Positions 9,196 to 19,499 of a stretch of DNA of 64,000 nucleotides are shown here, in pieces. The DNA is from an uncultured Acidobacteriota bacterium. Its GTDB lineage: Bacteria > Acidobacteriota > Vicinamibacteria > Vicinamibacterales > UBA2999. The notes below the pieces were generated by a model. It saw nothing but the letters and a program-made list of their open reading frames with translations, was not told the DNA's origin and ran no database searches. Each line of letters starts with the position of its first letter. The first letter of the stretch is position 1. The position numbers and the translations under genes were made by a program. The stretch is taken from assembly GCA_963807105.1 (NCBI GenBank), contig CAWEAM010000003.1, positions 1,280,529 to 1,344,528 on the forward strand. Direction: 5' to 3'.

Positions 9196-11451
9196 ATGAG
9201 CACTTTCTTTTGGTTCGCGCGAGCGATCCTGTGCGCCACCGCTATGGTGCTGGTTGCGCTCGCCGGGACGGCCGCGGCTCAGGGTGCGCCCCTCACCGGG
9301 AAGGTCACTCGAGACAACGGGGACGTGATGGTCGGTGCGATCGTTGCGATCGAAGAGCTACGACTCGAGACTCGAACGGGCGCGGATGGCACTTACCGAT
9401 TCGAAACCATTCCGCCCGGCCGCTATCACGTGTCGGTCAGGGCCGAGGGCTATACCACTCCGCGCACCGAGGTCAACGTCACGCCGCAAGGTGCGACGCT
9501 CGATCTCGTCGTCGAGCTCGACCTGCACTTCCGCGAAGTCGTGTCCGTGAGTCCCGCGGCTCGTCCTCAATTCGAGTCGTACCAGCCGACGACGGTGCTC
9601 GCCGGACAGGAGCTGCAGAGGGAAGTCGATTCGACCCTCGGCGCGACGCTCAAGGACGCACCCGGCGTCGCGATGCGATCGCTGGGAACGGGCCCGGCGC
9701 GACCGGTCATTCGCGGCCTCGACGGTGATCGCATTGCCATTCTCACCGACGGGCAGCGCACCGGCGACCTCTCGAGCCAGTCGGCGGATCACGGCGTGAC
9801 GATCAATCCTGCCTCCGCGACTCGCATCGAGGTGGTGCGAGGTCCCGCAACGTTGTTGTATGGCGCCAATGCGATCGGCGGTCTCGTCAACGTGCTCACC
9901 GAGCAGATCCCGACCGCCCCGGTCAACGGAGCCCAGGGCAAATTCACGTTCGACGGCGGAACGAATGCCCGTGAGGCGGCCGGCGCCGGCGAGGTTCACC
10001 TCGGCAACGGCAATATGGCGTTGACGATCGGCGGCAACGGACGACGGACCAGCGAATTCCATGTCGGTGATCTCGACGAAGGTGAAGACGACGAAGTGCC
10101 AAACTCCAGACTGCGCCAGCGCGGGTTCAACGTCGGGGCATCGCGCACGACGAGTCGCTCGTACTTCGGCGGTAGTTACGCGTTCGACGATACAAAGTAC
10201 GGCATCCCGTTCGTCGAAGAGGGCCAGACGCAACTTACGCCGGAGCGACACGCGTTTACGATCCGGGCTGGCGGTCAGGGTCTCGATTCCGCCATTTCCT
10301 CGTATCGCGCCACCTTTGGTGTGAAGCGCTACAACCATGACGAGCTCGACGGCGAGACGGTCGCCACGCACTTCGACAACGACACGGAAGAAGCCGAGGT
10401 GCTGCTCGGCCATGGAGCGATTCGAAAGCTATCCGGCAGCTTCGGCGGGTCGTTTCTGAATCGCCGGTTCAACACCGAGGGCGAGGAGGTGCTTTCGCCA
10501 CCGGTCGATCAGCGCGGTGGAGCATTTTTCGCTTACGAGGAACTGATCTGGCCGCACGCAACACTGCAATTCGGCGGCCGCTACGATTACACACGCTTCA
10601 CGAATGAGGGAGGACTACCGGAGCGCAGCTTCAACGAATTCTCGGCGTCAGCCGGTTTGCTGCTTCGTCCGCAGGCCGCGAATGACAAGTTTGCGATCGC
10701 GCTCAACCTGGCCCGGGCCGCGCGTAACCCGGCGCTCGAGGAGCTCTACTACTTCGGGATTCACCCTGGGAACTTCGCCTTCGAGATCGGGAATCCGGAT
10801 ATCGATTCGGAGCATTCGCTGGGGTTCGATATCGGCGTGCGTGGCCGATCGAGCCGCTTCAACGGCGAGCTGTCGTTCTTCCGAAATGATATCTCGGATT
10901 TCATTTTCCGCAATCCGCTCAGCGAAGAAGAAGTGCTGCTCCGCACACCAGAATTCAACGAGCGCTTCGGCACCTCCGGCCCGATCGATCCCGAAGACTT
11001 TCCGGTGATCGAGTATATCGCCGCCGACAGCGTCTTGTATGGCATCGAAGCGCATGCGGATGTGAACGTCGTCGAATCCGTGGTGGTCGAGTTCGGTTAC
11101 GACATGGTCCGCGGCTCTTTGCAGGACACCGATGAACCATTGCCTCGCATTCCGCCGTTTCGCGTGATGGGCGGCGTGACCTATCGGAGAAATGGGTTGC
11201 AGATCGGTGGCAACGTGACTTACGCGGGGGACCAGAATCGCGTGTTTCGCGAGGAATCACCGACTGAGGATTACACACTGCTGAAATTGTTCGGCTCGTA
11301 CTCCTTTCTCGCCGGGGGCGTCCTGAACACGTTCACGGTCCGGCTGGACAACGCGACGAATGAGCTGTACTTCAACCATCTCAATTACCTGAAGGACATC
11401 CTTCCCGAAATGGGCCGCAACCTGAAGGTGATCTACACCGTCGGTTTCTAG
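9196..11451 (+). CDS. TonB-dependent receptor with CarboxypepD_reg-like N-terminal domain
   Basis: ATG 9196 preceded by aggag. Signal peptide ..VALAGTAAAQG. GADGTYRFETIPPGRYHVSVRAEGY. Plug motifs DRIAILTDGQRTGD and RIEVVRGPATLLYGANAIGGLVNV. Long beta-barrel ending NLKVIYTVGF (terminal aromatic). Confidence 0.9.
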   Translation: MSTFFWFARAILCATAMVLVALAGTAAAQGAPLTGKVTRDNGDVMVGAIVAIEELRLETRTGADGTYRFETIPPGRYHVSVRAEGYTTPRTEVNVTPQGATLDLVVELDLHFREVVSVSPAARPQFESYQPTTVLAGQELQREVDSTLGATLKDAPGVAMRSLGTGPARPVIRGLDGDRIAILTDGQRTGDLSSQSADHGVTINPASATRIEVVRGPATLLYGANAIGGLVNVLTEQIPTAPVNGAQGKFTFDGGTNAREAAGAGEVHLGNGNMALTIGGNGRRTSEFHVGDLDEGEDDEVPNSRLRQRGFNVGASRTTSRSYFGGSYAFDDTKYGIPFVEEGQTQLTPERHAFTIRAGGQGLDSAISSYRATFGVKRYNHDELDGETVATHFDNDTEEAEVLLGHGAIRKLSGSFGGSFLNRRFNTEGEEVLSPPVDQRGGAFFAYEELIWPHATLQFGGRYDYTRFTNEGGLPERSFNEFSASAGLLLRPQAANDKFAIALNLARAARNPALEELYYFGIHPGNFAFEIGNPDIDSEHSLGFDIGVRGRSSRFNGELSFFRNDISDFIFRNPLSEEEVLLRTPEFNERFGTSGPIDPEDFPVIEYIAADSVLYGIEAHADVNVVESVVVEFGYDMVRGSLQDTDEPLPRIPPFRVMGGVTYRRNGLQIGGNVTYAGDQNRVFREESPTEDYTLLKLFGSYSFLAGGVLNTFTVRLDNATNELYFNHLNYLKDILPEMGRNLKVIYTVGF

Positions 11452-11459
11452 GACGTGGC

Positions 11460-11494
11460 GGGTGGGTATCGAGGGTTGCGCTGGATACCCACCC
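11460..11494 (+). terminator. stem-loop 9 nt after the receptor stop
   Basis: Perfect 11-bp inverted repeat GGGTGGGTATC / GATACCCACCC with a 13-nt loop. No U-tract follows. Confidence 0.5.
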
Positions 11495-11908
11495 AGCCGT
11501 GCACTCCGTGTATCCATGGGCGTGCCGCGCCACTCGCGTCGTGAATGCCACCGCCCAACGGCTGGCGGGAGCCACCTGTTGAAAAGGACAAGGTACCGAT
11601 ATCCACGCCTCTTACGGTCCAGCGATCGCAATGCAACTCCTCAGGCAGTCCAGTGAAGAGCACCGCGGCAGTCGACAGCCAGGCCGCGTCTACCGCGGTT
11701 CGCGCAAGCGCCTCGCCCGGCTCCGATGGCACGAGAACACACCGCTCAGGGTGTGGATCCTCGTCGCGGTCGTATTGCTGATGTTCGTGGGCGCTTTTCT
11801 GTGGCTGTTTTTCGCACGCGAGCGTGGGATATGAGGACCGTGTGAAACGGTCCAAACTAGTGCGGCGATCATCAGCGCCAGCATCGGACCGGCCGTGAGC
11901 GTTTACGG

Positions 11909-13342
11909 CTAACCGATCACCGGGTAGCGCCGCAACGATCGCCATGCCACGACGCCCAGCAGCACCGCGGGAATCGCCAGTCCGAGCAGCGCCAGACCGA
12001 CCCGCGATGCCACCGCGGCGCGCGGCTCTTCCTCGAAGCGGAAGACCGGCAGATGCGAGAACCGCGCGAGCTGCGCCTTGCGAAAGATGAGCGGCACGAA
12101 GTAGTCGCGCCACTGGCTGTGATACGTGCTCACCTGAGTCATGAAGTGCTGGTGGCGCCCCGCACCGGTGCCGGAGATGTCGTTGAGCGCGTCCTGCATC
12201 AGGATGGCGGGCGAGAGGACGCGCAGACGCCCGATGAGGCGCTGCTGACCGGCGAGCTGCGCGTCGTAGCGTTCGAGCACGGGCCGCACACGCTGTTCGA
12301 CATTCGCGCTCACCGCCACGCGGATGATGTTGAAGTCGTTCATCGCCTGGGCGGCGTCCCCGGCCGCGAGCTCGGGATGGTCCTCGTAATACTTCGACAG
12401 CAGCTTGCTGCCCTCGGCATTCGCTTCGTCAGACGCCTCGCGCAGCGCCTGAATCATCTCCACCCGCGACGGCACGGGATACGCCGTCGTTGCCAGCACG
12501 TTGAGCAGCGAGGGCACCAGAACGACCACGATCAGCCAGAGCGACGAAAGCACCATCGCGTTGGTCGAAGACGGACGGCCGAGCGACGCTACCAACACCG
12601 CCAGCGCGAACCAGACGAAGCCATAGAGCGCGACCGCCAGTATCCACAGCAGCAGTCCCATGCCGGCGCCCGGCGCCGCGAGATCGACGCCGGCGATGAG
12701 GGTGGCGAGCGCGGCTAGCGCGACGATCATCACGACGAATATGAGAAACCGCAGCGTCACCTTCCCGAGCGTGAGCGTTTGCAGCGACACGGGCTGTGAC
12801 AACGCCAGCGCCAGAGTGCCCTGCTCTTTCTCCGCTGAAAGGAGGTTGTAGCTGAGGGCGAGAATCAGCAGCGGATAGAGATAGATGAGCACGAACGCGA
12901 GGTCGAACCGGCCCGTGAGCAGACGGTGCGGGTTCTCCAGCTCGGCGCCGGCGGTGACGTTCTCCTTCGTGTCGGACGTGATTCTGAAGTAGTAGGGCAG
13001 CAGATCGCTCTGCCCGATCGACAACGCCGCCAGCGGCGCCGGCGGCAGCACGGCGTACCGGGCCGCCAGACGGCTGCCGGCGTTTTGCGGATTGCGCGGA
13101 TCGGCGAATGGCGACACCTTGAGCTCCCCTGTCGCGATTCGACGAATCGACATTTCGTGCTCGGCATAGCGTTGCCGTTCCTCGCGTGCCGCTTCGGCGA
13201 TGGCGCGGTGCTGGAAGGCAACCCACCGGACGCCATTGAACGTGCCGTAGGCGATCGCGAGCGTGACGGTGCCGACGACAACCCACAAGGACGCATCCGC
13301 CGTCAGCGCGCGCCACTCATGGCGCAGGATGCGCAGGAACAT
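11909..13342 (-). CDS. ABC-2-type permease (DUF3526-like), downstream copy
   Basis: Second half of the 946-aa ORF. Begins MFLRILRHEWRALTADASLWVV at ATG 13342. Multiple TM helices and EKEQGTLALALSQPVS (the ABC-2 EQGTL signature). C-terminal TM ALLGLAIPAVLLGVVAW. Confidence 0.7.
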   Translation of the reverse strand: MFLRILRHEWRALTADASLWVVVGTVTLAIAYGTFNGVRWVAFQHRAIAEAAREERQRYAEHEMSIRRIATGELKVSPFADPRNPQNAGSRLAARYAVLPPAPLAALSIGQSDLLPYYFRITSDTKENVTAGAELENPHRLLTGRFDLAFVLIYLYPLLILALSYNLLSAEKEQGTLALALSQPVSLQTLTLGKVTLRFLIFVVMIVALAALATLIAGVDLAAPGAGMGLLLWILAVALYGFVWFALAVLVASLGRPSSTNAMVLSSLWLIVVVLVPSLLNVLATTAYPVPSRVEMIQALREASDEANAEGSKLLSKYYEDHPELAAGDAAQAMNDFNIIRVAVSANVEQRVRPVLERYDAQLAGQQRLIGRLRVLSPAILMQDALNDISGTGAGRHQHFMTQVSTYHSQWRDYFVPLIFRKAQLARFSHLPVFRFEEEPRAAVASRVGLALLGLAIPAVLLGVVAWRSLRRYPVIG

Positions 13343-14749
13343 CAGTCCACGCCTCTGCGCCGCGCGCCTGTCATCGCAAACGCAGTGGCGGCCGCCAGCC
13401 ACGCAGCCATCAGCGCCAAGCTCGAGGCCGTTGGACGCCAGGACCCAGCCGGCACTGGGTGCGTCGTAGCGGAACTCGGGCACCTTCTGCCACAGCTCGG
13501 CGCCCGCGGTATACACGACGCCTGGCCTGGAGTGCTCGGCGATGTCGCCGTTCATCAGCCGCTGGATCATCCGGCGATAGGCTTCGGCGGCGTGAACGAA
13601 CTCGCGGTGGTGCGCGAAGTCGGTTCCGGCGAGCGCCATCGAGAGCGCGCGGGTCGGAAGCAATGGCGCCGCGAGGCCAGCAGCCCACCGGACACGGTTC
13701 TGCTGTTCGTAGATCGCGAACAGCCGCCCGTAGTGCTTGTCGAAGACCGCGTTGCCATGCTCTTCACCTTCCTGCATCGAGATGCCGGAGAAATTCAAAG
13801 GCACGGCGTCGATGGAGGCCACCTCGTATCGCTGCATCAACTCGATGCGACGACGCTGCAGGCGGGCTTCGACCTCTTTCTGATCGGCGAGGTCCTTGTC
13901 CATCGCCGCCTGGAACGCCACCGCGGACGGTGCGGGGTGAAGGGCGCCAGCCAGATCCGAGGCGACGCGCGGCGCAATCAGGCTGTTGGCGCCCCAGAAC
14001 GCGAGCAGCACCACCAGCGCGCTGCGCGAGGTCTTTGCTCGCGCCGACACCCCTAGCCCGATCGCGATCAGCGTCGCGAAATACACGAGATAAACGAGAC
14101 CAAGCAGCGCCGCGCGCGGCACGTCGTTGGCCAGCGTGCCGAACTCGGAGGTGAACGCCAGGCCAATGACGCCGGCAATCGTCGCCGGGATGAGCACCAG
14201 GCCGAGCGCCGCCGCAATGCCCAGTGCCTTGCCCATCATCAGCTCCGAGCGGCGCACGCCCAGGCTGAGGAGTTGCCGCAAAGTCCCCTGCTCGCGCTCT
14301 CCTGAAAGGGCGCTGAACGTCATCAGGACGATGAAGAGAGGCAGCAGCACGAGGAAGCCTTCGGCAGCCGTGAGCTCGCCGAAGCGCTGTACTGCCGTTC
14401 GATCCTGGGCCGGGCGATACTTGAACTCGTTCTGCTTGTGCGCTTCGAGCCACGCGGCAACGCCGACGTAGGGATCGATGCCCGTGTCCACCATCGACAG
14501 GCGGCTCTTTGGCTTGAACGCGTAGACGCCGTAGTGCGCCGCCGAGTGGGGATTCTTGGCCGGCTGATTGAGCCACTGCTGGCGCGTCGCGGCCTGCGCC
14601 TGCGCGTGCTGCTGCTGCACGTCGCGGTAGTGCTTCCAACCTGCCGCCAGCGAGGTCAGCGAGATGGCGAGCACAATCGCCGCGAGCACGCGAAAACGGC
14701 CGTCGCGCAGCGTGTCGAGCAGCTCCTTGCGGGCAATGCGGCTAATCAT
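13342..14749 (-). CDS. ABC-2-type permease (DUF3526-like), upstream copy; 3' end appears frame-shifted into the next gene
   Basis: MISRIARKELLDTLRDGRF.., GEREQGTLRQLLSLGV. The last ~30 codons in the ORF frame are non-hydrophobic (NGLELGADGCVAGGRHCVCDDRRAAQRRGL). The adjacent frame reads LALMAAWLAAATAFAMTGARRRGVD-stop, with TGA overlapping the next ATG (TGATG at 13340-13344). Confidence 0.65.
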
Positions 14750-15446
14750 GCATGTGCTCCAGGTAGATGCGTTCCAGGTCGGCGTGACCCACTTCGCTGG
14801 TAGACAAGATGCGTACGAGCCGGCCGTGCTTCATGATCCCGACCCGTGTGCCCGATTCTTTGGCGCGAAACAGGTCGTGCGTGGCCATCAGCACTGCGAC
14901 GCCGTCGGCACTCATCTGCTTGAGCAGTTCTGAAAATTCGCTCGAGGCTTTCGGATCGAGTCCCGACGTGGGCTCGTCGAGGAGCAGGGCCCTAGCGCCT
15001 TTCGCCAGCGCGATGGCAATGCCCACTTTCTGCCGCATGCCCTTCGAGTAGGTACCCACCCGGCGATCGGCGGCCTCGGCCTCCAGCCCGACGCGAGGGA
15101 AGAACTCGAGCAGCTGCGCGCGCGAATAGTCGGGCCGCCCGGCGAGCGCGCTGAAGTACTCGAGATTCTCGAGACCGGTGAGGTTCTTGTAGAGCATCAC
15201 CGTCTCGGGGATGTAGGCCAGAAATCTCTTCGTCTCGAGCGGCTGCGTCGTGACGTTGATACCGTTGATCGTCGCCGACCCCGAAGTCGGGTCGATGAAG
15301 TTGAGAAACAGGTTGATCGTCGTGGTCTTGCCGGCGCCGTTGGCGCCGAGCAGGCAGAACACCTCGCCGGGCTGCACCTTCAATGTCAGATCGTCGAGCG
15401 CGGTCTGCGAGCCATATCGTTTGGTGAGGGAGACGGCTTCGAGCAT
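14742..15446 (-). CDS. ABC transporter ATP-binding protein
   Basis: Walker A GANGAGKTT, signature-like YSKGMRQKVGIAIAL, Walker B LLLDEPTSGLD, H-loop ATHDL. Its 3' end overlaps the permease start by 8 nt (ATGATTAG). Confidence 0.92.
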   Translation of the reverse strand: MLEAVSLTKRYGSQTALDDLTLKVQPGEVFCLLGANGAGKTTTINLFLNFIDPTSGSATINGINVTTQPLETKRFLAYIPETVMLYKNLTGLENLEYFSALAGRPDYSRAQLLEFFPRVGLEAEAADRRVGTYSKGMRQKVGIAIALAKGARALLLDEPTSGLDPKASSEFSELLKQMSADGVAVLMATHDLFRAKESGTRVGIMKHGRLVRILSTSEVGHADLERIYLEHMHD

Positions 15447-15547
15447 CCCGAGACGGTAGTCAGCCGCCGCTGGTTACCGCTTCCGGTTGTCAACAGGTGG
15501 ACGCGTTTCGCCGATGAGTGGTCGGAACAACCAGTGGTGCGTATGCC

Positions 15548-17983
15548 CTACTCGGCCCGCAACGCCACAATTGGATCGACGCGCATCGCCCGGCGCGCGG
15601 GCACACAACAGGCCAGCGCCGCGATTGCCAAAAGCAGGAGTGTCACCGTCACCATCGTTACTGGATCGTGAGGGCCGACGCCGTACAGCACCGACGCAAC
15701 CCCGCGTGCAGCCAACGAAGCCGCCATCAGGCCAATGAGCGCGCCCGCCGCCGCCAGGCGCAGCCCCTGGCCGACGACGAGCCGGAGGACGTCCGTGCCT
15801 GATGCACCCAGGGCGACGCGCACACCTAGATCGCGTGTCCGCTGCGCGACCAGTTGCGAGAGCACGCCGTAGAGACCAACCGCCGCGAGAAGCAGAGCCA
15901 GACCGGCGAACGAGCCGAACAGCCCGCCTGCCAGGCGGCGCTGCCACATGCTGTTGCTGATGCGCCGCTCATAAGTCATGACGTCGAGGAACGATTGATT
16001 GGGATCGATCGCGCCGACGACGGCGGTGGCGGCGTGTGCGAGCGAGGCGGGGTCGCCGCTCGTCCGAACCACGTACCACGGACCGGCAGTGCTCAATTGT
16101 GTGTGCGGTCGATAGACGTCGTACCCGGGATCGCCGTCGAGTGCCTGCTGCAGCACCGGGGCGCTGACACCAACGACGGTTGACCAGATCTCCGGCGCGC
16201 TCGTGTCGGCAAACTGAAAGCGCTGGCCGATCGGATCCTGCCCGGGCCAGAGTCGTTCCGCCATGCGACGGCTGACAATCGCCAACGGCTGCGTCCCCGC
16301 ACGATCGTCGTCGGTGAACGCGCGCCCCGAGTCGATGCCAATGCCCATGACGCGAAAATAATCTGGGCCGACCAGATGCTGATTGACGTACGGGTTGCGC
16401 GCCTCGTCACCCGGAGCTTGTCCATACAGGCGCACCGGCTGCGCGTCGCGGGCTTTGCCGCTCATCGGCAGGTTGTTGTCGAACGTGACCGCCCGCACGC
16501 CTGGCAGCGCCCGCAGGCCTTCGAGCACCTGCTGGTGGAAGGCAGTGGTCTTTTCCAACGTGCCGTACGCGGCCCAGCCGAGCTCCACCTGAAAAGTAAG
16601 TGTGCTGCTCGCGTCGAACCCGACCGGCACACGCTGCAGCCGCACCACGGTCTGCACCAGCAGCGCCGCGCCGACGAGCAGCACGAGCGCCAAGGCGACC
16701 TCGGCGACGACCAGAGCGCTGCGCAACCGATGCTGGCGCGAACCGCTCGACGCGCCGCGAGCGCCGTCCTTCAGCGACGATTGCAGGTCGGCGGCGCCAC
16801 TGCGGAAGGCGGGAACAAGGCCGGCCGCGAGGCCGGCGACGACCGTCACAACAGCGAGAAACAGCAGCACTTGCGCATCGATCTCGACGCGCATCCAGGG
16901 CGGGAGCGCGACCGGCACGAGTGCGACCATCGTACGCACGCCGGCAGTGGCGACCACCAGCGCCAGGACAGCTCCAAGCGTGGAGAGAAACAAGCTCTCG
17001 GTCAGCAACTGGCGCACGATTCGCCAGCGGCCCGCGCCGAGCGCCGTCCTGAGCGCGACCTCCCGGTCGCGGGCGATCGCCCGCGACAACAGCAGGTTGG
17101 TGACATTCGCACAGGCGATCAGCAGCACCAGTCCGACCGCGCCGAAGAGCAGCAGCACGTACGGTCGAATCGTGCCGGTGTAGATCTCGCTGATGGGGGT
17201 CACACGGAACGACAGGCCGCCGTTGGTGGCCGTGAACTCTCGCTGGAGGCGGCCGGCGAGCCCGTTAATGGCGGCTCGCGCCTGGTCCACCGTGACGCCG
17301 TCACGGAGTCGCGCCAGTACCGACATCGTGCGCACGTCGCGGCGCTGGTAATACGCGGGTAACGGTGAAATACCGCTGCTGCGGAACAGATCGGCGTTGA
17401 ACGGAAACGTAAATTCCGGCGGCATCACTCCGTAGATGGTGTAGCCGGGTGCTCCGTCGAGCGTCATCGAGCGCCCGACAACGTTCGGATCCCGTCCGAA
17501 CTTGCGCTCCCACAGACCATGGCTGATGACGAGGCCGAAGGCGCGCGTGCGATCGAACGCGCCTGGAAACGTATCGCCGATGAATGGCTCGACGCCGAGC
17601 ACACGGAACAGGTTGTGGTTGGTAATCGTCGCCAGCAGTTCCTCCGGCGTGCCGAATCCGCTCGCGTTGTATTTGCCCTGGTCGGTGTACATCGCGGCGT
17701 CCTCGAAAATCTGAAGCGCCCGTAGATCGTCGAATTCGGGCACCGCAACCGGGCCTTCTTCGTCGCCACGGACCGTGGTGATGCGCACCAGGCGATCGGG
17801 ATCGTCGAACGGCGCCGGTCGCAGCAACAGACCGTTGACCGCGCTGAAGATCGCGGCATTCGCGCCAATACCCATCCCCAGGGTAACGATGACGAGCAGC
17901 GCAAAACCTGGCTGGTGAAGAAGCATCCGGCAGCACTGGCGCAGGTCGGCAAGCAGGTGTGCCATGCCCGTTGATAGCCGCAT
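15548..17983 (-). CDS. ADOP-type duplicated MacB/FtsX-like permease (copy 1)
   Basis: LADLRQCCRMLLHQPGFALLVIVTLGMGIGANAAIFS, a MacB-type periplasmic domain and two FtsX 4-TM modules. Ends RAMRVDPIVALRAE. Alternative start at 17965. No PadR gene and no N-terminal leader, unlike copy 2. Confidence 0.85.
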   Translation of the reverse strand: MRLSTGMAHLLADLRQCCRMLLHQPGFALLVIVTLGMGIGANAAIFSAVNGLLLRPAPFDDPDRLVRITTVRGDEEGPVAVPEFDDLRALQIFEDAAMYTDQGKYNASGFGTPEELLATITNHNLFRVLGVEPFIGDTFPGAFDRTRAFGLVISHGLWERKFGRDPNVVGRSMTLDGAPGYTIYGVMPPEFTFPFNADLFRSSGISPLPAYYQRRDVRTMSVLARLRDGVTVDQARAAINGLAGRLQREFTATNGGLSFRVTPISEIYTGTIRPYVLLLFGAVGLVLLIACANVTNLLLSRAIARDREVALRTALGAGRWRIVRQLLTESLFLSTLGAVLALVVATAGVRTMVALVPVALPPWMRVEIDAQVLLFLAVVTVVAGLAAGLVPAFRSGAADLQSSLKDGARGASSGSRQHRLRSALVVAEVALALVLLVGAALLVQTVVRLQRVPVGFDASSTLTFQVELGWAAYGTLEKTTAFHQQVLEGLRALPGVRAVTFDNNLPMSGKARDAQPVRLYGQAPGDEARNPYVNQHLVGPDYFRVMGIGIDSGRAFTDDDRAGTQPLAIVSRRMAERLWPGQDPIGQRFQFADTSAPEIWSTVVGVSAPVLQQALDGDPGYDVYRPHTQLSTAGPWYVVRTSGDPASLAHAATAVVGAIDPNQSFLDVMTYERRISNSMWQRRLAGGLFGSFAGLALLLAAVGLYGVLSQLVAQRTRDLGVRVALGASGTDVLRLVVGQGLRLAAAGALIGLMAASLAARGVASVLYGVGPHDPVTMVTVTLLLLAIAALACCVPARRAMRVDPIVALRAE

Positions 17984-18121
17984 GAGGCATGGCCGTTGTG
18001 CAGATGTTCAATGAACGGTCGATTGCAGACGTCGAATGGTTTGCGATTCGGTCCATTCACGGGCCGCACGTGACCACTGGTTGGTCGGTAATGGCGCTCG
18101 CGCTTCCGTTGCCGGCAGATT

Positions 18122-19396
18122 GTGGTGATGATCGATCTCGAGGCTGCCCGGGCGACGCTGGTTGAGACGCTGCGCCCCGGAGTGATGCGGCCGACGCCCG
18201 CGGACGAGCGCATTCACCTCCTCGATGCCATTCGCGGCATCGCGCTGGGCGGCATTCTGCTCGCCAATCTCATGAGTTTTTTCGGCGCCGAGATGCTGCC
18301 TCCCGCGGTGCGGCGAGGCATGCCGTGGGGCAGCGCTGGAGAGGGCGTGCTGTTTGGCATCAACTGGCTGGTCGAAGGCAAGTTCTATTCGATCTTCTCC
18401 ATGCTGCTCGGCGTCGGCTTCGCACTGCAGGCGGCGCGCGCGGGGCAGCGGAGTTCGAGCCTTCGCTCCTTTGCAGCCTTTTTCCGGCGGCGTATGGCCG
18501 TGCTCATCGCGATCGGCCTCATCCACATGTACTTCCTTTGGGCGGGCGACATCCTGACGCTCTATGGCGTGATGGGCCTGCTGCTTCCGTCGTTGGCAGC
18601 ACTGACCAGTCGGGTTCGAGTGGCGATCATGCTGGCACTATTCGCGGTCCCATTGACGACGCACCTGATTGTGGTCGCGTCGGACGGCCGCCTGGACCCA
18701 CGCCGTCCGTTTGCCGCTGTCGGAACCGACCTGCGAGAGCGGCTCGGCGTGGCCGATCGTTCCGCGCTCGATGTCTTTGCACGCGGAACGGCCGCTGACT
18801 ACCGTGCATGGAATGTGTCGTACGCGGTGGTTCGGCCAGGGACCTATTTGCAATCGGGCCGGCCGGCAAAGGTCCTCGCCCTGTTCCTTCTCGGCGTGTG
18901 GCTGGGAGCGTCGGTGCTGCCGCGTCTGCACACGCTGCGAGGCGCTTTGGTCGCGACGATGGCCGCCGGCGGGATCGTGGGTCTCGCCTCGTGCTACCTC
19001 TACGCTGCCATCAAGACGGAGACCGGATCGACGTTTCTCCTATCCGGAACGGGCTTGATTCAGACGGCGGCTTATACCGTCGGCACCACGCCGCTCGCCC
19101 TCGCGTACATGGCGGCGGCGGCACTGGCGTGGCGCCACGCATCGACGAGGTCCGTGCTGGAGTGGTTCGTGCCGCTCGGGCGGATGGCGCTGTCAGTTTA
19201 TCTCACACAGACCCTCATGCAGATGGCGCTCTTCACGAGCTACGGTCTTGGCCTGGCCGGGCGAATGCCGATCGCGTTGCTGCCGCTCGTCGCTGGCGGT
19301 GTGCTCCTGATTCAGCGCTATGCGTGCGTCTGGTGGCTTCAGCGTCACTCCCAAGGCCCGGCCGAGTGGATCTGGCGGCGCGCGACCTACGCCTGA
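18122..19396 (+). CDS. DUF418/YeiB-family membrane protein
   Basis: HLLDAIRGIALGGILLANL, many TM helices, GRMALSVYLTQTLM, C-terminal GPAEWIWRRATY. The true start may be a downstream in-frame codon. Confidence 0.75.
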   Translation: MVMIDLEAARATLVETLRPGVMRPTPADERIHLLDAIRGIALGGILLANLMSFFGAEMLPPAVRRGMPWGSAGEGVLFGINWLVEGKFYSIFSMLLGVGFALQAARAGQRSSSLRSFAAFFRRRMAVLIAIGLIHMYFLWAGDILTLYGVMGLLLPSLAALTSRVRVAIMLALFAVPLTTHLIVVASDGRLDPRRPFAAVGTDLRERLGVADRSALDVFARGTAADYRAWNVSYAVVRPGTYLQSGRPAKVLALFLLGVWLGASVLPRLHTLRGALVATMAAGGIVGLASCYLYAAIKTETGSTFLLSGTGLIQTAAYTVGTTPLALAYMAAAALAWRHASTRSVLEWFVPLGRMALSVYLTQTLMQMALFTSYGLGLAGRMPIALLPLVAGGVLLIQRYACVWWLQRHSQGPAEWIWRRATYA

Positions 19397-19499
19397 CGCC
19401 ATCCGGCAACCTCCTGCGCCCGTTGATGTCGCCGGCGGCCCCGTTCATCGGAAAGCGATCCGTGGGGCACCGCGTTGCGCCCGAGGATCACGAGCCGTT

